A DNA stretch of 64,000 nt, taken from contig OY969414.1 of assembly GCA_963699155.1 (NCBI GenBank), positions 1,963,757 through 2,027,756 of the forward strand. Direction: 5' to 3'. Each line of letters opens with the position of its first letter. The first letter of the stretch is position 1. Positions 11,233 to 22,654 of the stretch are shown piece after piece. Source of the stretch: an uncultured Chlamydiales bacterium (GTDB lineage: Bacteria; Chlamydiota; Chlamydiia; Chlamydiales; JAAKFR01). The notes below the pieces were generated by a model. That model was not told the origin of the DNA, searched no databases, and saw nothing but the letters and a program-made list of their open reading frames with translations. The translations under genes were made by a program, and so were the position numbers.

Positions 11233-13701
11233 ATGGATAAGCGGACAATTCTTTTTGTTCTTTTGGTCGGCATTTCGTTTGTTGGCTTAAATCTTTTCTT
11301 TAGCCATCAGCGCGATGAGAAGAATCGGGAAGCTCTCAAAATGAAAGCAGCCCATACAGAGGCCGGGGAAGCAAAAAGGTCTACTGATCTGCAAAAGAGA
11401 ACAGCTCAGCTGAGCGATCTCCCGGTGGTTCCGGTCTATGGAAGTTCTGAGTCCAAAGAAGCTATCGCCTATGGAATTTCCACTCCTGATGCGACGCTGA
11501 CCCTCGCTTGGGATAGCCAGCTGCCCAAAACAATTTATGTGAATGGGACTCCCCAACAGCTGGCCACTACAGAGGCTGTGAAAGAGGGGCCTGCTCTCTT
11601 CACAGGCGACCAGTTTCAAAATTTACTCATCGCATCTGTTCCTCAAAAAGGAAGCTTCGATCTGCAGCTTGTGACCTTCCCCAATCATGGCACTCCTCAA
11701 GTGCTTCTTGGCGAATATCGAGATGGCACCGTCACCATCCCTCAGGGTGAGCTCACAGAGAATGCTCTGGCCCTCTACCGCACTCCCACTGGATGGCTCC
11801 CTCTCGGATTTTATGAGTGGAGAGGTCGTCTCTTCGTCTCCTTACAAAATATCCCGTTTCTGACCAGCTATATCCCTGCAAATATCACTGCCCCCACACA
11901 TGTTCCAGAGAAGGAACAAAAGTATTATGTCTTAGAAAATAGCTATCAGCAGCTCGTCTTTACAAATGTGGGTGGAGCGCTCGCGGAAATCAATCTTCCT
12001 TTTCAAAACGAACAAAACCACTCCAGCGCCGTGAAAGAGATCGGCTTTGACAGGACAATCGCTGAAGAGTCACCTGCTAACGCGCGCTTCCCCAGCCATC
12101 CTTTCTATCTACCTGGTTCGAAAGAAGAGCAATCTACAGGCCATTTAGGAGGCTACTATCCCCTAATCCGGCGTGGAATTTTTAATAGCAAAACGGCTCC
12201 ACTCTCGCCCCAATATTATGCCCTCAACATCGTCTCAGAATATCCCGAAATGGCTGAGTTGGTCTACTCGGTCAAGGAGTTTAGCTCCAACCGCATCGTC
12301 TTTGAGGCGGTCCAGCCCCATCGCAAAATCACTAAAATTTATACCCTGCCGGAGGGTGCTGAAAATAGCCTGCCGGAGGGTGCCGCAGGTGGGAAGAGTG
12401 CTCCCTATACTTTCGATTTAGAGCTCAAAATCGAGGGCGACAGCCGCGGGCTCTGGCTCACTTCTGGTGTACCTGAGGTGGAAATCATCTCCAATAACTT
12501 CTCACCGCAGATCCAGTATCGACTGAATCGTAAAGGGAAATCTGAGGTAGAGAAACTCGATCTTCCCAAAGTGAAAGAGGTGGTGACCATCAGCTCTATC
12601 CATCCCGAGTGGGTCACTAACTCGAATGGCTACTTAGGGATGATTCTCGATCCTTTAGATGAGATCGGAGGTGGCTACCGCGCTGCGGCCATCGCAGGAA
12701 ATTTGGTCCCCACACGCCTTTCGGTGATCGATCCCCAATATCAGCCCTATCCTGCCACAAAATACCCAGGTTATCAGCTGCTCATGCCACTGCCAACCTC
12801 CGCTGGCAGTTACAAATTCCGTGTCTATTCGGGCCCTTTTGATGAATCGGTATTGAAGCAGGTCGATGCGATCTACGCCGACCCTACAACGGGATATAAT
12901 CCTGACTATGTGGCCTCATGGACCTTTTATGGCTGGTTCTCATTTATTTCTGAGCCCTTTGCCAAGCTTCTCTTTCTGGTCATGAAGTTTTTCTACAACT
13001 TGACCCACTCCTGGGGCTTTTCGATCATCCTCCTGACAGTCTTCTTGCGCATCATTCTCTACCCGCTCAATGCCTGGTCGATCAAATCGATGCGACGGAT
13101 GCAGCTTCTCTCCCCTGAGATCCAGGCGATCCAAGCGCGACATAAGAAAGATCCCAAAAAGGCGCAAGTCGAAATCATGGCGCTTTATCGAGAAAAGAAG
13201 GTCAATCCCTTCACGGGCTGTATCCCTATTGTGATTCAGATCCCCTTCTTGATCGCCATGTTCGATCTATTAAAATCCTCTTTCGCACTTCGTGGGGCCA
13301 GCTTTATTCCCGGATGGATCGATGATTTGACTGCACCTGATGTGATCTTTTCTTGGAACACGCCTATCTTCTTCATCGGCAATCAGCTCCATCTACTCCC
13401 CATCCTTCTTGGGGGTGTCATGTTTATTCAGCAGCGCTTCTTCTCAGCGACGCCTATCGATCCTAAGAATATGACCGATCAACAGCGTCAGCAAAGGGCT
13501 ATGGGAACTATCATGACCGTCGTCTTTGCAGTCATGTTCTACCATTTCCCATCAGGCTTAAACCTCTACTGGCTCTCCTCTATGCTCCTCGGGATACTCC
13601 AGCAGTGGATCACCAATAGAATGTTGGATAAGAAAAAAGAGCCCTTAGAACTGAAGGTGGAACCGGTCAAAAAGAAACTCGCACCTAAAAAGGCGAAATA
13701 A
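11233..13701 (+). CDS. yidC: Membrane protein insertase YidC
   Basis: MDKRTILF start, WGFSIILLT, GCIPIVIQIP, PSGLNLYW. Confidence 0.96.
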   Translation: MDKRTILFVLLVGISFVGLNLFFSHQRDEKNREALKMKAAHTEAGEAKRSTDLQKRTAQLSDLPVVPVYGSSESKEAIAYGISTPDATLTLAWDSQLPKTIYVNGTPQQLATTEAVKEGPALFTGDQFQNLLIASVPQKGSFDLQLVTFPNHGTPQVLLGEYRDGTVTIPQGELTENALALYRTPTGWLPLGFYEWRGRLFVSLQNIPFLTSYIPANITAPTHVPEKEQKYYVLENSYQQLVFTNVGGALAEINLPFQNEQNHSSAVKEIGFDRTIAEESPANARFPSHPFYLPGSKEEQSTGHLGGYYPLIRRGIFNSKTAPLSPQYYALNIVSEYPEMAELVYSVKEFSSNRIVFEAVQPHRKITKIYTLPEGAENSLPEGAAGGKSAPYTFDLELKIEGDSRGLWLTSGVPEVEIISNNFSPQIQYRLNRKGKSEVEKLDLPKVKEVVTISSIHPEWVTNSNGYLGMILDPLDEIGGGYRAAAIAGNLVPTRLSVIDPQYQPYPATKYPGYQLLMPLPTSAGSYKFRVYSGPFDESVLKQVDAIYADPTTGYNPDYVASWTFYGWFSFISEPFAKLLFLVMKFFYNLTHSWGFSIILLTVFLRIILYPLNAWSIKSMRRMQLLSPEIQAIQARHKKDPKKAQVEIMALYREKKVNPFTGCIPIVIQIPFLIAMFDLLKSSFALRGASFIPGWIDDLTAPDVIFSWNTPIFFIGNQLHLLPILLGGVMFIQQRFFSATPIDPKNMTDQQRQQRAMGTIMTVVFAVMFYHFPSGLNLYWLSSMLLGILQQWITNRMLDKKKEPLELKVEPVKKKLAPKKAK

Positions 13702-13752
13702 ATTATAAAAATCTCCCCTTTGCTACAAAAAATCGAGGGTGAAAGTTAAGTT

Positions 13753-15117
13753 ATGCGCGCGTGGGAAGAATTTCTCACTCTACAAGAAAAAGAGTTGGGC
13801 AAGGAAACGGTCGACAAATGGCTGCGCCCTCTTAAGGTCGTCCGATTCGATGCCTGTAATCTCTATTTAGAAGTGAATGACTCTTTTAAGCTCATCTGGT
13901 TTGAAGAGCAGATGCAAAGCCGCATCCAAAAAGGGCTCTTCAACAATAACAAAAAATCGATCAAAGTCCACCTGGCCATTGCCTCCAGCCAAGAAGCTCT
14001 AGCGGCACCAAAGAAAACAGCAAAAAAAAAGAGTGCCCTAACAGCTACTCCTCCACCTGCTTTTACGCTCCGTTTCGATGAACTGGATTCGGAAGCCACA
14101 TTCGAAAACTTTGCCACCTCACCCGACAATCTCTTAGCCTATAAATTGTTGTTGGAGCTCTGTGGAAGTGATAAAGCCCATTCCTCTTCTCTGCAGTTCA
14201 ACCCCATCTACCTCTATGGAAGAAGTGGTACCGGCAAAACTCATCTTTTAATGGCAGCGGCAGCTCAGCTCCAGCAGATGGGGAAAAATGCCTGTTATGT
14301 CCGCGCAGAAACCTTTACAGAACATGTTGTCGATGCAATCCGCTCCGCAGAAATGCAGACCTTCCGCAAGACCTATAGAGGCATCGATGCTCTATTGATC
14401 GATGGCATCGAGCTCTTTTCTCGTAAAGGGGCTACTCAGGAAGAGCTCTTTCACACCTTCAATACCCTCCATGTTGAAGGCAAACAGATCATCCTCTCAG
14501 CGGGCCTACCACCCAATGATCTCAAATTTATTGAGCCCCGGCTTGTGAGTCGATTCGAATGGGGCATCGTGATTCCCCTTCATATGCCTGGAAAGGAGCA
14601 GCTCCGCACCATCCTCATCCAAAAAGCAGCGAAACTCAGCTTTGAGCTCCCTGAAGTTCTCCTCACCTTTTTGCTCGACACCTTTGGTAACAATACAAAA
14701 AACCTCCTCCGCTCTCTGGAAGCGCTTATTTTAAGGGTCCATCTGAACTCCACCGGAAGCAGCGCTCTCACTGTGAAGGCAGCCCAAAACTGCTTAAAAG
14801 ATCTGATCCAAGAAGAGGAAAAAGCGGCGCTGACGCCTGGGAAGATCATCCGTGCTGTGGCCGAATACTATGGAATCCGCATGGATGATATTTTGAGTAA
14901 GTCCCAGGCGCGCGAATCTGCCCTTCCCCGCCAAATTGCGATGCATCTCTGCCGCCAACAGTTGAGTCTTCCTTTCATGAAAATCGGGGACATTTTTGCA
15001 AGGGACCATTCCACTGTCATGGCTTCAGTGAAACAGGTCCAGAAGGGGTTGGAAAGTAAAAATTATGAAATCACAGCCCCCATTAGCGGAATCCTCAAAC
15101 TACTTGAAAGAAACTAA
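13753..15117 (+). CDS. dnaA: Chromosomal replication initiator DnaA
   Basis: NPIYLYGRSGTGKTHL, QEELFHTFN, RLVSRFEWG, RDHSTV. Confidence 0.96.
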   Translation: MRAWEEFLTLQEKELGKETVDKWLRPLKVVRFDACNLYLEVNDSFKLIWFEEQMQSRIQKGLFNNNKKSIKVHLAIASSQEALAAPKKTAKKKSALTATPPPAFTLRFDELDSEATFENFATSPDNLLAYKLLLELCGSDKAHSSSLQFNPIYLYGRSGTGKTHLLMAAAAQLQQMGKNACYVRAETFTEHVVDAIRSAEMQTFRKTYRGIDALLIDGIELFSRKGATQEELFHTFNTLHVEGKQIILSAGLPPNDLKFIEPRLVSRFEWGIVIPLHMPGKEQLRTILIQKAAKLSFELPEVLLTFLLDTFGNNTKNLLRSLEALILRVHLNSTGSSALTVKAAQNCLKDLIQEEEKAALTPGKIIRAVAEYYGIRMDDILSKSQARESALPRQIAMHLCRQQLSLPFMKIGDIFARDHSTVMASVKQVQKGLESKNYEITAPISGILKLLERN

Positions 15118-15199
15118 TAAAATTCATAACCCTACTGAGCGGCGAACAGGAAAAATTGTTCTTGTGTATTTCTAGTTTGTTTTGCTAGAATATCCATTT

Positions 15200-16513
15200 A
15201 TGTCTTCAATTATTTCAAATAAGACAATTCTAAGCTTTTGTAACCAACTGACTCCTGCTCAAAAAGCCTGTCTCGAGGCCTCACTTCAAACCAACACAGG
15301 TGAAGGCTGGCTTACGCTCTATCGTGTTTTTAGGGCTTATCGTAGAGATGAGTTGCCCCAACTGCTCGATGGTCCAGAACAGAAAGTCGAGGATGTTCGA
15401 TTGAAAGCCTTTATGGCAAATGATGTGGCATTTCCCTTTTTCAAAGAGAAGTTCTCATTCCGGGATAAGGAGTGGAATGCGCCGGTTTTTCAGCATCTTC
15501 TCTTTTCAGCAGGATTTCACCATCTGACCACCTGCTTGCAAAGCGCCTTGCCCTCCCAAAGAGAGGCCCTCTTCAGCCATGAAAAAGTCGATACCGTAGT
15601 TCTCATGCGTCAGGCAATGGAAAAGAATTCCCAGCTCGATCCAACTACTTTTACCCGCCAGCTATTTCACTTATCAGGCTTAATCAATGAGAACCATTTT
15701 TATAAACGGTCTGAATTGAGGATCGTGATGCATTATCTCCAACTCCTCACCGCACCGGCAGATCCCGACACACAGTTAAGCCCAAAAGACCATTTATACA
15801 TCTCCCTGGCATCACTTTTTGGACTCAAGCTAATGCCTAGCAAAGCCTCTTTTGCATGGCTCATGAAGTCTGCTCAGGCGGGTGAAGAGGGATTTCTCCA
15901 AGATCTCGAAGCGGCTGCCCAAAAACACCGATTTGCTTTCCATCTATCTCGATTAAGTCGCCGTCTTCACGCAGTTAATTTTTCTCTTCTTCGGAGTCGA
16001 TTATTCAACATGATTATCGATCTTTCCACAGAAGATAGGGCCTCCATTCCCGGCGAAATATCCCGATTTTGGTGTTGCTGCTCCGAACTCCTTTTTGGCT
16101 TTAACACACTCTTCGATGGGCTTCCTATCTATGTAGAAGCTAAGAAATTAATCGAGACTCGCTTCGCTGAAAATCCCCAAGCAAGTCACGCTGAAATTAT
16201 CCGCTTGTTAAGAACAACTTTATTTCAAAATGAGTTTAGCGCAACCGCATTGAGGTTCTGTGCTACTCTTTATAAGACCTGGTGGTACCAAACCATTCCA
16301 GATGGTAATCGATGCTCTTTCAACGAGCGTCTGTGCGACTGGTATGCTCATCTATGGTTAAATGAACCAGAGAAGAAGCTCTCTTGTAGAGAGTTTACGA
16401 AAAAGCTGGAAGAGACTTACCATCTTCCTACAAGTAGCTTACGCTACATCCCATTTGACGCAGGTGCTGCAGCGCGCGCTTATTCGCGTTGGTTGGATAA
16501 AAAATCGGCGTAG
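15200..16513 (+). CDS. Hypothetical protein
   Basis: Long ORF (~437 aa) with no recognised motif; TAGAAT 8 nt before the ATG. Confidence 0.7.
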   Translation: MSSIISNKTILSFCNQLTPAQKACLEASLQTNTGEGWLTLYRVFRAYRRDELPQLLDGPEQKVEDVRLKAFMANDVAFPFFKEKFSFRDKEWNAPVFQHLLFSAGFHHLTTCLQSALPSQREALFSHEKVDTVVLMRQAMEKNSQLDPTTFTRQLFHLSGLINENHFYKRSELRIVMHYLQLLTAPADPDTQLSPKDHLYISLASLFGLKLMPSKASFAWLMKSAQAGEEGFLQDLEAAAQKHRFAFHLSRLSRRLHAVNFSLLRSRLFNMIIDLSTEDRASIPGEISRFWCCCSELLFGFNTLFDGLPIYVEAKKLIETRFAENPQASHAEIIRLLRTTLFQNEFSATALRFCATLYKTWWYQTIPDGNRCSFNERLCDWYAHLWLNEPEKKLSCREFTKKLEETYHLPTSSLRYIPFDAGAAARAYSRWLDKKSA

Positions 16514-17415
16514 GTACTCACTAGACCTTCTGCTAAAGAAACTTTGGGTGACCAGCCCAAAGCAAGAATCCGCTGGATATCTGTCTTTTTTCGGGGTGTG
16601 CCATCTGGTTTGGTAAGGTCATGCATCACTTTTCCTCGATAACCCACCGTATCTGCTATTTTCTCAGCCACCTCTTGAATGGTGAACTCCTCTGTAGAGC
16701 CGACATTGATCGGAGTAGCATCATCATAATGGTGGAGCAGATGTAGAAGCGCTTCGGCCAGATCATCCACATAGAGAAATTCTCGTTTCGCACTTCCCGT
16801 TCCCCACATTGTCACAGAAGAGGCTTTGCTTAACCTCGCTTCATGAAAACGGCGGATCAACGCCGGGATCACGTGGGAGTGTTCTGGATGGTAATTATCA
16901 TTAGGGCCATAGAGATTGGTGGGCATGGCGCTGATATAGCTTCTCCCATACTGCGCCCGGTAATGTTGACAGAGTTTAATCCCGGCTATTTTAGCCAAGG
17001 CATAGGCCTCATTGGTCTTTTCTAGGGGTCCTGTCAGCAACGCCTCCTCAGGAATGGGTTGAGGGGCTTCCCGGGGATAGATGCAGCTGCTACCTAAAAA
17101 GAGAAGACGCGGCACACCTACTCGGTGCGATTCGTGGATCAGATGGGTGGCGATGGCCAAATTGGTATAGATAAACTCTGCCGGATAGCTCTGATTGGCC
17201 CAGATGCCCCCCACTTTAGCAGCAGCAATCACTACAATGTCGGGTCGATGGCGTTGGAGGTACTCTCTGACCTCTCCCTGTTCCGTGCAGTCCAGTTCAT
17301 CACGAGAGGGGGTCAACGGGCGCTCAAACCCCTGGAGCTCTAAGCAGCGGACCAGGGCGCTGCCCACCATCCCGCGCGCACCTACAATTAAGATCTTATC
17401 TTTTGAGCCGAGCAC
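16480..17415 (-). CDS. fcl: GDP-L-fucose synthase
   Basis: [35 protein letters not shown]. Confidence 0.95.
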   Translation of the reverse strand: MLGSKDKILIVGARGMVGSALVRCLELQGFERPLTPSRDELDCTEQGEVREYLQRHRPDIVVIAAAKVGGIWANQSYPAEFIYTNLAIATHLIHESHRVGVPRLLFLGSSCIYPREAPQPIPEEALLTGPLEKTNEAYALAKIAGIKLCQHYRAQYGRSYISAMPTNLYGPNDNYHPEHSHVIPALIRRFHEARLSKASSVTMWGTGSAKREFLYVDDLAEALLHLLHHYDDATPINVGSTEEFTIQEVAEKIADTVGYRGKVMHDLTKPDGTPRKKTDIQRILALGWSPKVSLAEGLVSTYADFLSNQRE

Positions 17416-18236
17416 AGGAACCTTCTATAACGGACCAACAAACAACCCCCAGCGATAATAAAGGGGATACTCAATAGCTGTCCCATTTTGATCCACCCAT
17501 TGGCGTCGAAGGCGTCATTCTGGGGCATTTTCAGATATTCGATCCCAAAACGGAAGGTGAAGGTGAGAAAGAGGAAAAGTCCCGAAAGGAGGCCTCTCCC
17601 CAAACTTTTTTTGTCACGCGCCCAGAGGGTGAATAGAGCGAAAAAGAGCAACAGAAAAAAGAAGGCTTCATAGAGCTGAACGGGGTGGACAGGGAGTCCT
17701 GGATAGCCATCGATCGGGTGGAGGAAGTTGACACCCCAGGGAAGGGAGGTCGGCACGCCCGTGATCTCTTGATTGATAAAATTTCCTATCCGGATACAAA
17801 AGGCGGCGAAGGCAGTAGGAACAACGACGAGATCGAGAAAGGTGAGAAAGGTAAGAGGCTGCTTTTTGCGATTGATCCAGATAAAAAGTCCCATCGCTAT
17901 GAGGATGCCGATCGCCCCACCATGGCTGGCGAGCCCTCCCTCCCAGACCTTGAAGATACTCCAGGGATGCACGCTGTAATAGTGGAGACCATAAAATAAA
18001 ATATGGCCAAGTCGGGCACCGATAAGCGTGCCAGCCACTAGAAAAATGATGCTTTGATCGGCAAGGCGTATAGCCTCTTTAGAGTCTTCCAGCAGGGCCA
18101 GGAACATCTTTTTGAGTAAATAAAAGCCTACAATAAAGCCAACCGCAAAAAGAATTCCATACCACATCACCGGATGGTGGATGTAGGGGATGATAAAAAA
18201 AACTCTATCAGGATCCCAAGTAAAGGTACTCAACAT
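17388..18236 (-). CDS. lgt: Prolipoprotein diacylglyceryl transferase
   Basis: [26 protein letters not shown]. Confidence 0.96.
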   Translation of the reverse strand: MLSTFTWDPDRVFFIIPYIHHPVMWYGILFAVGFIVGFYLLKKMFLALLEDSKEAIRLADQSIIFLVAGTLIGARLGHILFYGLHYYSVHPWSIFKVWEGGLASHGGAIGILIAMGLFIWINRKKQPLTFLTFLDLVVVPTAFAAFCIRIGNFINQEITGVPTSLPWGVNFLHPIDGYPGLPVHPVQLYEAFFFLLLFFALFTLWARDKKSLGRGLLSGLFLFLTFTFRFGIEYLKMPQNDAFDANGWIKMGQLLSIPFIIAGGCLLVRYRRFLCSAQKIRS

Positions 18237-18355
18237 GCTCTACCAAAAAAGGAATAGAAGTTATATACTGCCGGAGTAAAAAAGTCCAGGGTAACGAGTA
18301 ATTCAAAGACTCATATCAGCTCCTCGGGCACGGGCACGAAATTTTAGGAGATCTC

Positions 18356-18865
18356 ATGAAATTCAAACATAACGTATTGATCTTTATTTGCGGTTTTTTG
18401 TGGATGGCGATCGGAACTTTCCTGATGTCTTTCGGGATCCATCTCATTCTCGATTCACTCCGCTCTCCAGAAGTGGTGAGAACCGGTTTTTCGATCGTCC
18501 ACTTTTTCAACCGCTTTGTGAGCCAGACCTCTCATGCGGTCATCATCACGGTGACAATTGCTTTAATGATCGGCTATTTCAAGGGAAAAATGGTCCTTGC
18601 CAAGTCGGTCAAGCGGCAGATCAAAAGGGTCGACTCCCTCCCCAACCCTGCCTCTTTGAGACATCTGTTTAGTAAAGCCTATTACCTCCTGATAGCTTCG
18701 ATGATTCTTCTAGGGATCTCCCTTCGCTATCTGCCTATCCATAGTGCCACAAGGGGGTTCGTCGACCTTGCTATTGGCTCTGCTCTGATCAACGGGGCGA
18801 TGCTCTATTTCCGTGAGATAGCCCAGCGGATTTATCTCGCAAGAAGAGGAACTCATTCCCGATGA
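18356..18865 (+). CDS. Conserved chlamydial membrane protein
   Basis: 169 aa, 4 TM segments, first gene of the run leading to acpS-trxB. Confidence 0.75.
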   Translation: MKFKHNVLIFICGFLWMAIGTFLMSFGIHLILDSLRSPEVVRTGFSIVHFFNRFVSQTSHAVIITVTIALMIGYFKGKMVLAKSVKRQIKRVDSLPNPASLRHLFSKAYYLLIASMILLGISLRYLPIHSATRGFVDLAIGSALINGAMLYFREIAQRIYLARRGTHSR

Positions 18866-19917
18866 CACTTTCGAAGACTTTTGTTCGCCTCCTTTTTGTC
18901 ATACTCAGCACACTATTTATGGTTGCCTATGTGGCGGGCAATGAACCTCAGCCGACAGCCTGGACCTATATTTGGGGAATTCTCATCGGCCTGATCATTG
19001 GAGCCTCTCTTATCGCTTTCGATTTCTTGTGTCGGCGGTTTAATTTACGTGTCTTCAACACCACCCTTCTCGGCCTCTTGTTTGGATACTTGATGGCAGA
19101 AGCCTTCGTTTTGATTTTCAATGCGATTCTCGATATCAGTGGGGTCCATCCTGAACATTTTCTCGTCGCCATCATCAAGATCTTCCTCTTCCTTTTTGGG
19201 ATCTATCTCGGCGTCATGATGACCCTGAGGGCTGCAGATGAAATCTATGTCAGTATCCCCTTTGTGAAATTTACACCCACAGCCCAAGTTTCCAAAGATT
19301 TCTTGCTTGATCTATCTGCTTTGAGTGATCCCAGGATCATCGATTTGGCAGCTTCTGGTCTTCTCGATCGGCGACTCATTCTCCCCCGTTTTCTTCTCAA
19401 AGAGCTCCACCAGCAAGAAGAGGAGAGAGACGAAGGAGTCAGTCACAAAGCCAAAAGGGTGCTCGAGGTAGTCCGTAAGCTGGAAACTCTCCCCGATCTC
19501 CACCTGCGCTTCCAAGATACCGACTTTCCTGAAATCAAAGAGCTCTCTGGAAAAGTGCTCCACTTAGCGCGACTGCTCGATTCCGATATCTTATCGGCCG
19601 ATATCAACAGGGTCCAGCTGGCCCAAGTCGAAGGGATCCGTGCCATCAATATTCACGCTCTCTCAAATGCCTTGAAACCTCTGATGCAAAAGGGAGAATT
19701 CCTCAAAATTAAGATCCAGCGTCTCGGAAAAGAGGAGATGCAGGGTGTCGGTTATCTCGAAGATGGCACCATGGTAGTCGTGAATGGAGCGGGCAACCAT
19801 ATCGGAGAGACGATTGCCTCACGCGTTTTATCGGTGAAGCATACCTCTTCGGGTCGCATGATCTTCTGTAACGTTGCAGAAAACGGTGAAGAGGATGATG
19901 AAAGAGAAAGGGGTTAA
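18862..19917 (+). CDS. YacL-like membrane PIN/TRAM domain protein
   Basis: 4 N-terminal TMs, LLDLSALSDPRI PIN-like motif, GKE..QGVGYLEDGTMVVV TRAM motif. Confidence 0.88.
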   Translation: MTLSKTFVRLLFVILSTLFMVAYVAGNEPQPTAWTYIWGILIGLIIGASLIAFDFLCRRFNLRVFNTTLLGLLFGYLMAEAFVLIFNAILDISGVHPEHFLVAIIKIFLFLFGIYLGVMMTLRAADEIYVSIPFVKFTPTAQVSKDFLLDLSALSDPRIIDLAASGLLDRRLILPRFLLKELHQQEEERDEGVSHKAKRVLEVVRKLETLPDLHLRFQDTDFPEIKELSGKVLHLARLLDSDILSADINRVQLAQVEGIRAINIHALSNALKPLMQKGEFLKIKIQRLGKEEMQGVGYLEDGTMVVVNGAGNHIGETIASRVLSVKHTSSGRMIFCNVAENGEEDDERERG

Positions 19918-20284
19918 TGTTCTCGGTGTTGGGACAGATATCATCGAGATCGAAAGGATTGAAGAGGCAATCGGTCGCCATGGAGATCGCTTTCTCAACC
20001 GACTCTTTACTGAAAAGGAGAAGAAGTATTGCCTGCGCTATAAAAAGCCCGGGACCCACTTTGCGGGCCGTTTTGCCGCCAAAGAGGCGATCTTGAAGGC
20101 CTTCGGGACTGGACTCCAGAAGGAGATGACTTGGAAAGAGATTGAAATTGTCAATGACCGCCAAGGCAAACCAGAAGTACATCTCTCTGAAAGACTGAAA
20201 AAAATCATGGCGATGGATCATATTTTCATCTCCATCAGCCATTGTGAGTCTTATGCAACGGCAACAGCGATCGTGGTGGGCTAA
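19895..20284 (+). CDS. acpS: Holo-ACP synthase
   Basis: [25 protein letters not shown]. Confidence 0.95.
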   Translation: MMKEKGVNVLGVGTDIIEIERIEEAIGRHGDRFLNRLFTEKEKKYCLRYKKPGTHFAGRFAAKEAILKAFGTGLQKEMTWKEIEIVNDRQGKPEVHLSERLKKIMAMDHIFISISHCESYATATAIVVG

Positions 20285-20298
20285 CAAGGGAACAAATT

Positions 20299-21249
20299 AT
20301 GGAACATAGAAAAGTTGTCATCATCGGTTCGGGACCTGCAGGTTATACGGCTGCCCTCTATGCCGCACGCGCCAATTTAAGCCCCTTACTTTTTGAGGGC
20401 TTTTTCTCAGGACCTGCGGGCGGCCAATTGATGACGACGACTGAGGTGGAAAATTACCCCGGCTTCCCTCATGGCATTACCGGCCCAGCTCTGATGGATG
20501 CCTGCCGTGCGCAGTGTGAGCGGTTCGGGACAATCCTCCTCCGTGAAGATGTCCACTCTGTCGATCTGTCGACAAGACCTTTTACCGTCCATGGCGCCAA
20601 AACACAATCTACCTGTGATGCGCTGATCATCGCGACAGGTGCCACGGCAAGAAGGCTCGAGATCCCGGGTGCGGGCGAAGAGGGCTTCTGGCAGAAGGGG
20701 GTCACCGCCTGCGCCATCTGTGATGGGGCGATGCCGATCTTCCGCAATAAGGAGCTCTACGTGATCGGTGGAGGCGATTCTGCCGTCGAAGAGGCGACCT
20801 TTTTGACCAAATATGGGAGTAAGATCCACATTGTCCACCGTCGAGATGAATTGAGAGCTTCCAAGATTATGGCTCATCGCGCCATGAGCCATCCTAAAAT
20901 CGAAATTTTGTGGGACTCTCTCATCACCAACATTGAAGGAGACAAAGTAGTCCGCTCGGTCACCATTAAAAATCTAAAAACAGGGAAAGAGATCAAAAAA
21001 GAGGCGGCGGGCGTCTTCTTCGCCATCGGCCATCAACCCAATACGGCTTTTCTTGGAGGCCAGCTCGAACTTAATGCCCAAGACTACATCGTCGTCAAAG
21101 CAGGCACCACAAACACCAGTGTCGACGGGGTCTTTGCTTGCGGAGATGTTCAAGATCCTGTCTATCGGCAGGCAGTGACAGCAGCCGGCAGCGGCTGCAT
21201 GGCAGCGATCGATGCGGAAAGGTGGCTCTCCCATCATGGCATTCATTAG
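20299..21249 (+). CDS. trxB: Thioredoxin reductase
   Basis: GSGPAG, CAICDG, GGGDSA, HRRD. Confidence 0.97.
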   Translation: MEHRKVVIIGSGPAGYTAALYAARANLSPLLFEGFFSGPAGGQLMTTTEVENYPGFPHGITGPALMDACRAQCERFGTILLREDVHSVDLSTRPFTVHGAKTQSTCDALIIATGATARRLEIPGAGEEGFWQKGVTACAICDGAMPIFRNKELYVIGGGDSAVEEATFLTKYGSKIHIVHRRDELRASKIMAHRAMSHPKIEILWDSLITNIEGDKVVRSVTIKNLKTGKEIKKEAAGVFFAIGHQPNTAFLGGQLELNAQDYIVVKAGTTNTSVDGVFACGDVQDPVYRQAVTAAGSGCMAAIDAERWLSHHGIH

Positions 21250-22051
21250 AACCGCTCCACTTCTGTTGCTGACCACCACTCTGTGCGCCACTGAATATGC
21301 GCCCTGGTTCCCCCCACTCTTCGAAGTTCAAGCTGAAGCTGCCTACCTCTACACCCACGCTAACCGTGTCCAAACACCCCTAGGCACCTTTCATGAGCCA
21401 ACGCGCAACTCCTCCCTGCACGGCTCTCTCGGCGTGACTCCCCTCCCCTATTGGAATCTCGAAGGAGAGATCTATCTGACACGCACTTCAAACATCTCTT
21501 TTACATATGAAGCCGCCTGGCTCACTCTCCGCTATGCCTGGCTCGACGACATTGCTGGGGATTGTCTCACCCTTGTCACTGGCGCGACCTTCTCCTTTCC
21601 CGGCAGCCGCTTTCTTCACCAGTTCAGCCTCCCCTATCATGGCCATTTCAATACCGAAATCCATACCAGCCTCGGCAAAGAGTGGAGCTGCGGCCCTGAG
21701 TGGAAAATGCGCCTCTGGGGTCTGGCAGGAGTTGGTATCGCTGAAAGAGGAAGCCCCTGGGTGCATGCCATCGCAGCCGCCTCCTACCGCATCTCGCGCT
21801 GCACCGCCCTCACCCTCTTCTCAGAGACCCTTCTAGGTCTCGGCTCTCACAACATCCTCCCTCACACCCGCTTTCGCGGCTATGCCAATATCGCTCACCG
21901 CTCCCTCTCCATCTGCTCCTCCCTCGATTATGAACTCCCCTACCTCGCCACACTCGCCGTCGCTGGCTGGTATATGCCCTACACTCACAATTTTATCGAC
22001 CATCCTTGGGGCATTGCCGCTTCGCTACTCATCCCTTTCGGCCTGTTTTAG
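21236..22051 (+). CDS. Exported protein, possible outer-membrane beta-barrel
   Basis: Signal peptide, aromatic-rich amphipathic strands, terminal Phe. Confidence 0.6.
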   Translation: MAFIRTAPLLLLTTTLCATEYAPWFPPLFEVQAEAAYLYTHANRVQTPLGTFHEPTRNSSLHGSLGVTPLPYWNLEGEIYLTRTSNISFTYEAAWLTLRYAWLDDIAGDCLTLVTGATFSFPGSRFLHQFSLPYHGHFNTEIHTSLGKEWSCGPEWKMRLWGLAGVGIAERGSPWVHAIAAASYRISRCTALTLFSETLLGLGSHNILPHTRFRGYANIAHRSLSICSSLDYELPYLATLAVAGWYMPYTHNFIDHPWGIAASLLIPFGLF

Positions 22052-22167
22052 CAAAAAAAAAGACGGCAAAAAATGCCGCCTTCTATATGCGGCAAACAAA
22101 GTTGCCGCCTGATTGATTAAGGGGCAGAATGCCGCCTTCTACATCCTAGATGGATGCGCAACTCACT

Positions 22168-22526
22168 CTATGCTTTAGTGGAGCTAGAGTGGAAATTAGG
22201 GCACCATTTGTCGCTATCAGATTTCTCACCACTGCATCCGGTGACACCTTGGCAGGTTCTTAAGAAGGTGGCGAAGATGTTGACAGCACCAGCAGCGATA
22301 GCACTATATGCGGCGCATCCTGCTGGGACTCCTGCAGGTAAAGGAAGAATTTTCATGAGAGCTAAGATCCCTAAAACAACGAGAACAGCCCCGATTAAAA
22401 AGTCAGCTCCATGCAGCACTTTGGCTGTTGTCGAATATTCAAAAATCTACTTGTAGACTCCCTACGGCTATCTTTGCAGGTTTGTCTGCATTGATGAAAA
22501 GAGGCGCCGATTTCTGAAATTGCCAT
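22168..22526 (-). pseudogene. Small Inc-like membrane protein with one frameshift
   Basis: AGGAG RBS and ATG at 22526; one frameshift near 22432-22445 joins it to the bilobed hydrophobic ORF 22168-22419. Confidence 0.6.
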
Positions 22527-22654
22527 ATAAAAACTCCTGGTTAAGGTTTGAAAAAAAAGAATAACAGAAGTGGGAATCGCGGGCAAGGCAAATCTTGATT
22601 TAAATTTACTTGCTGCTCTATAATATTTGTTAAATTAATTTAATAAGGTTTGAG

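Noticed and set aside
13702..15199. oriC next to dnaA
   Set aside because: No TTATCCACA-type box cluster was seen in the short flanking intergenic regions.
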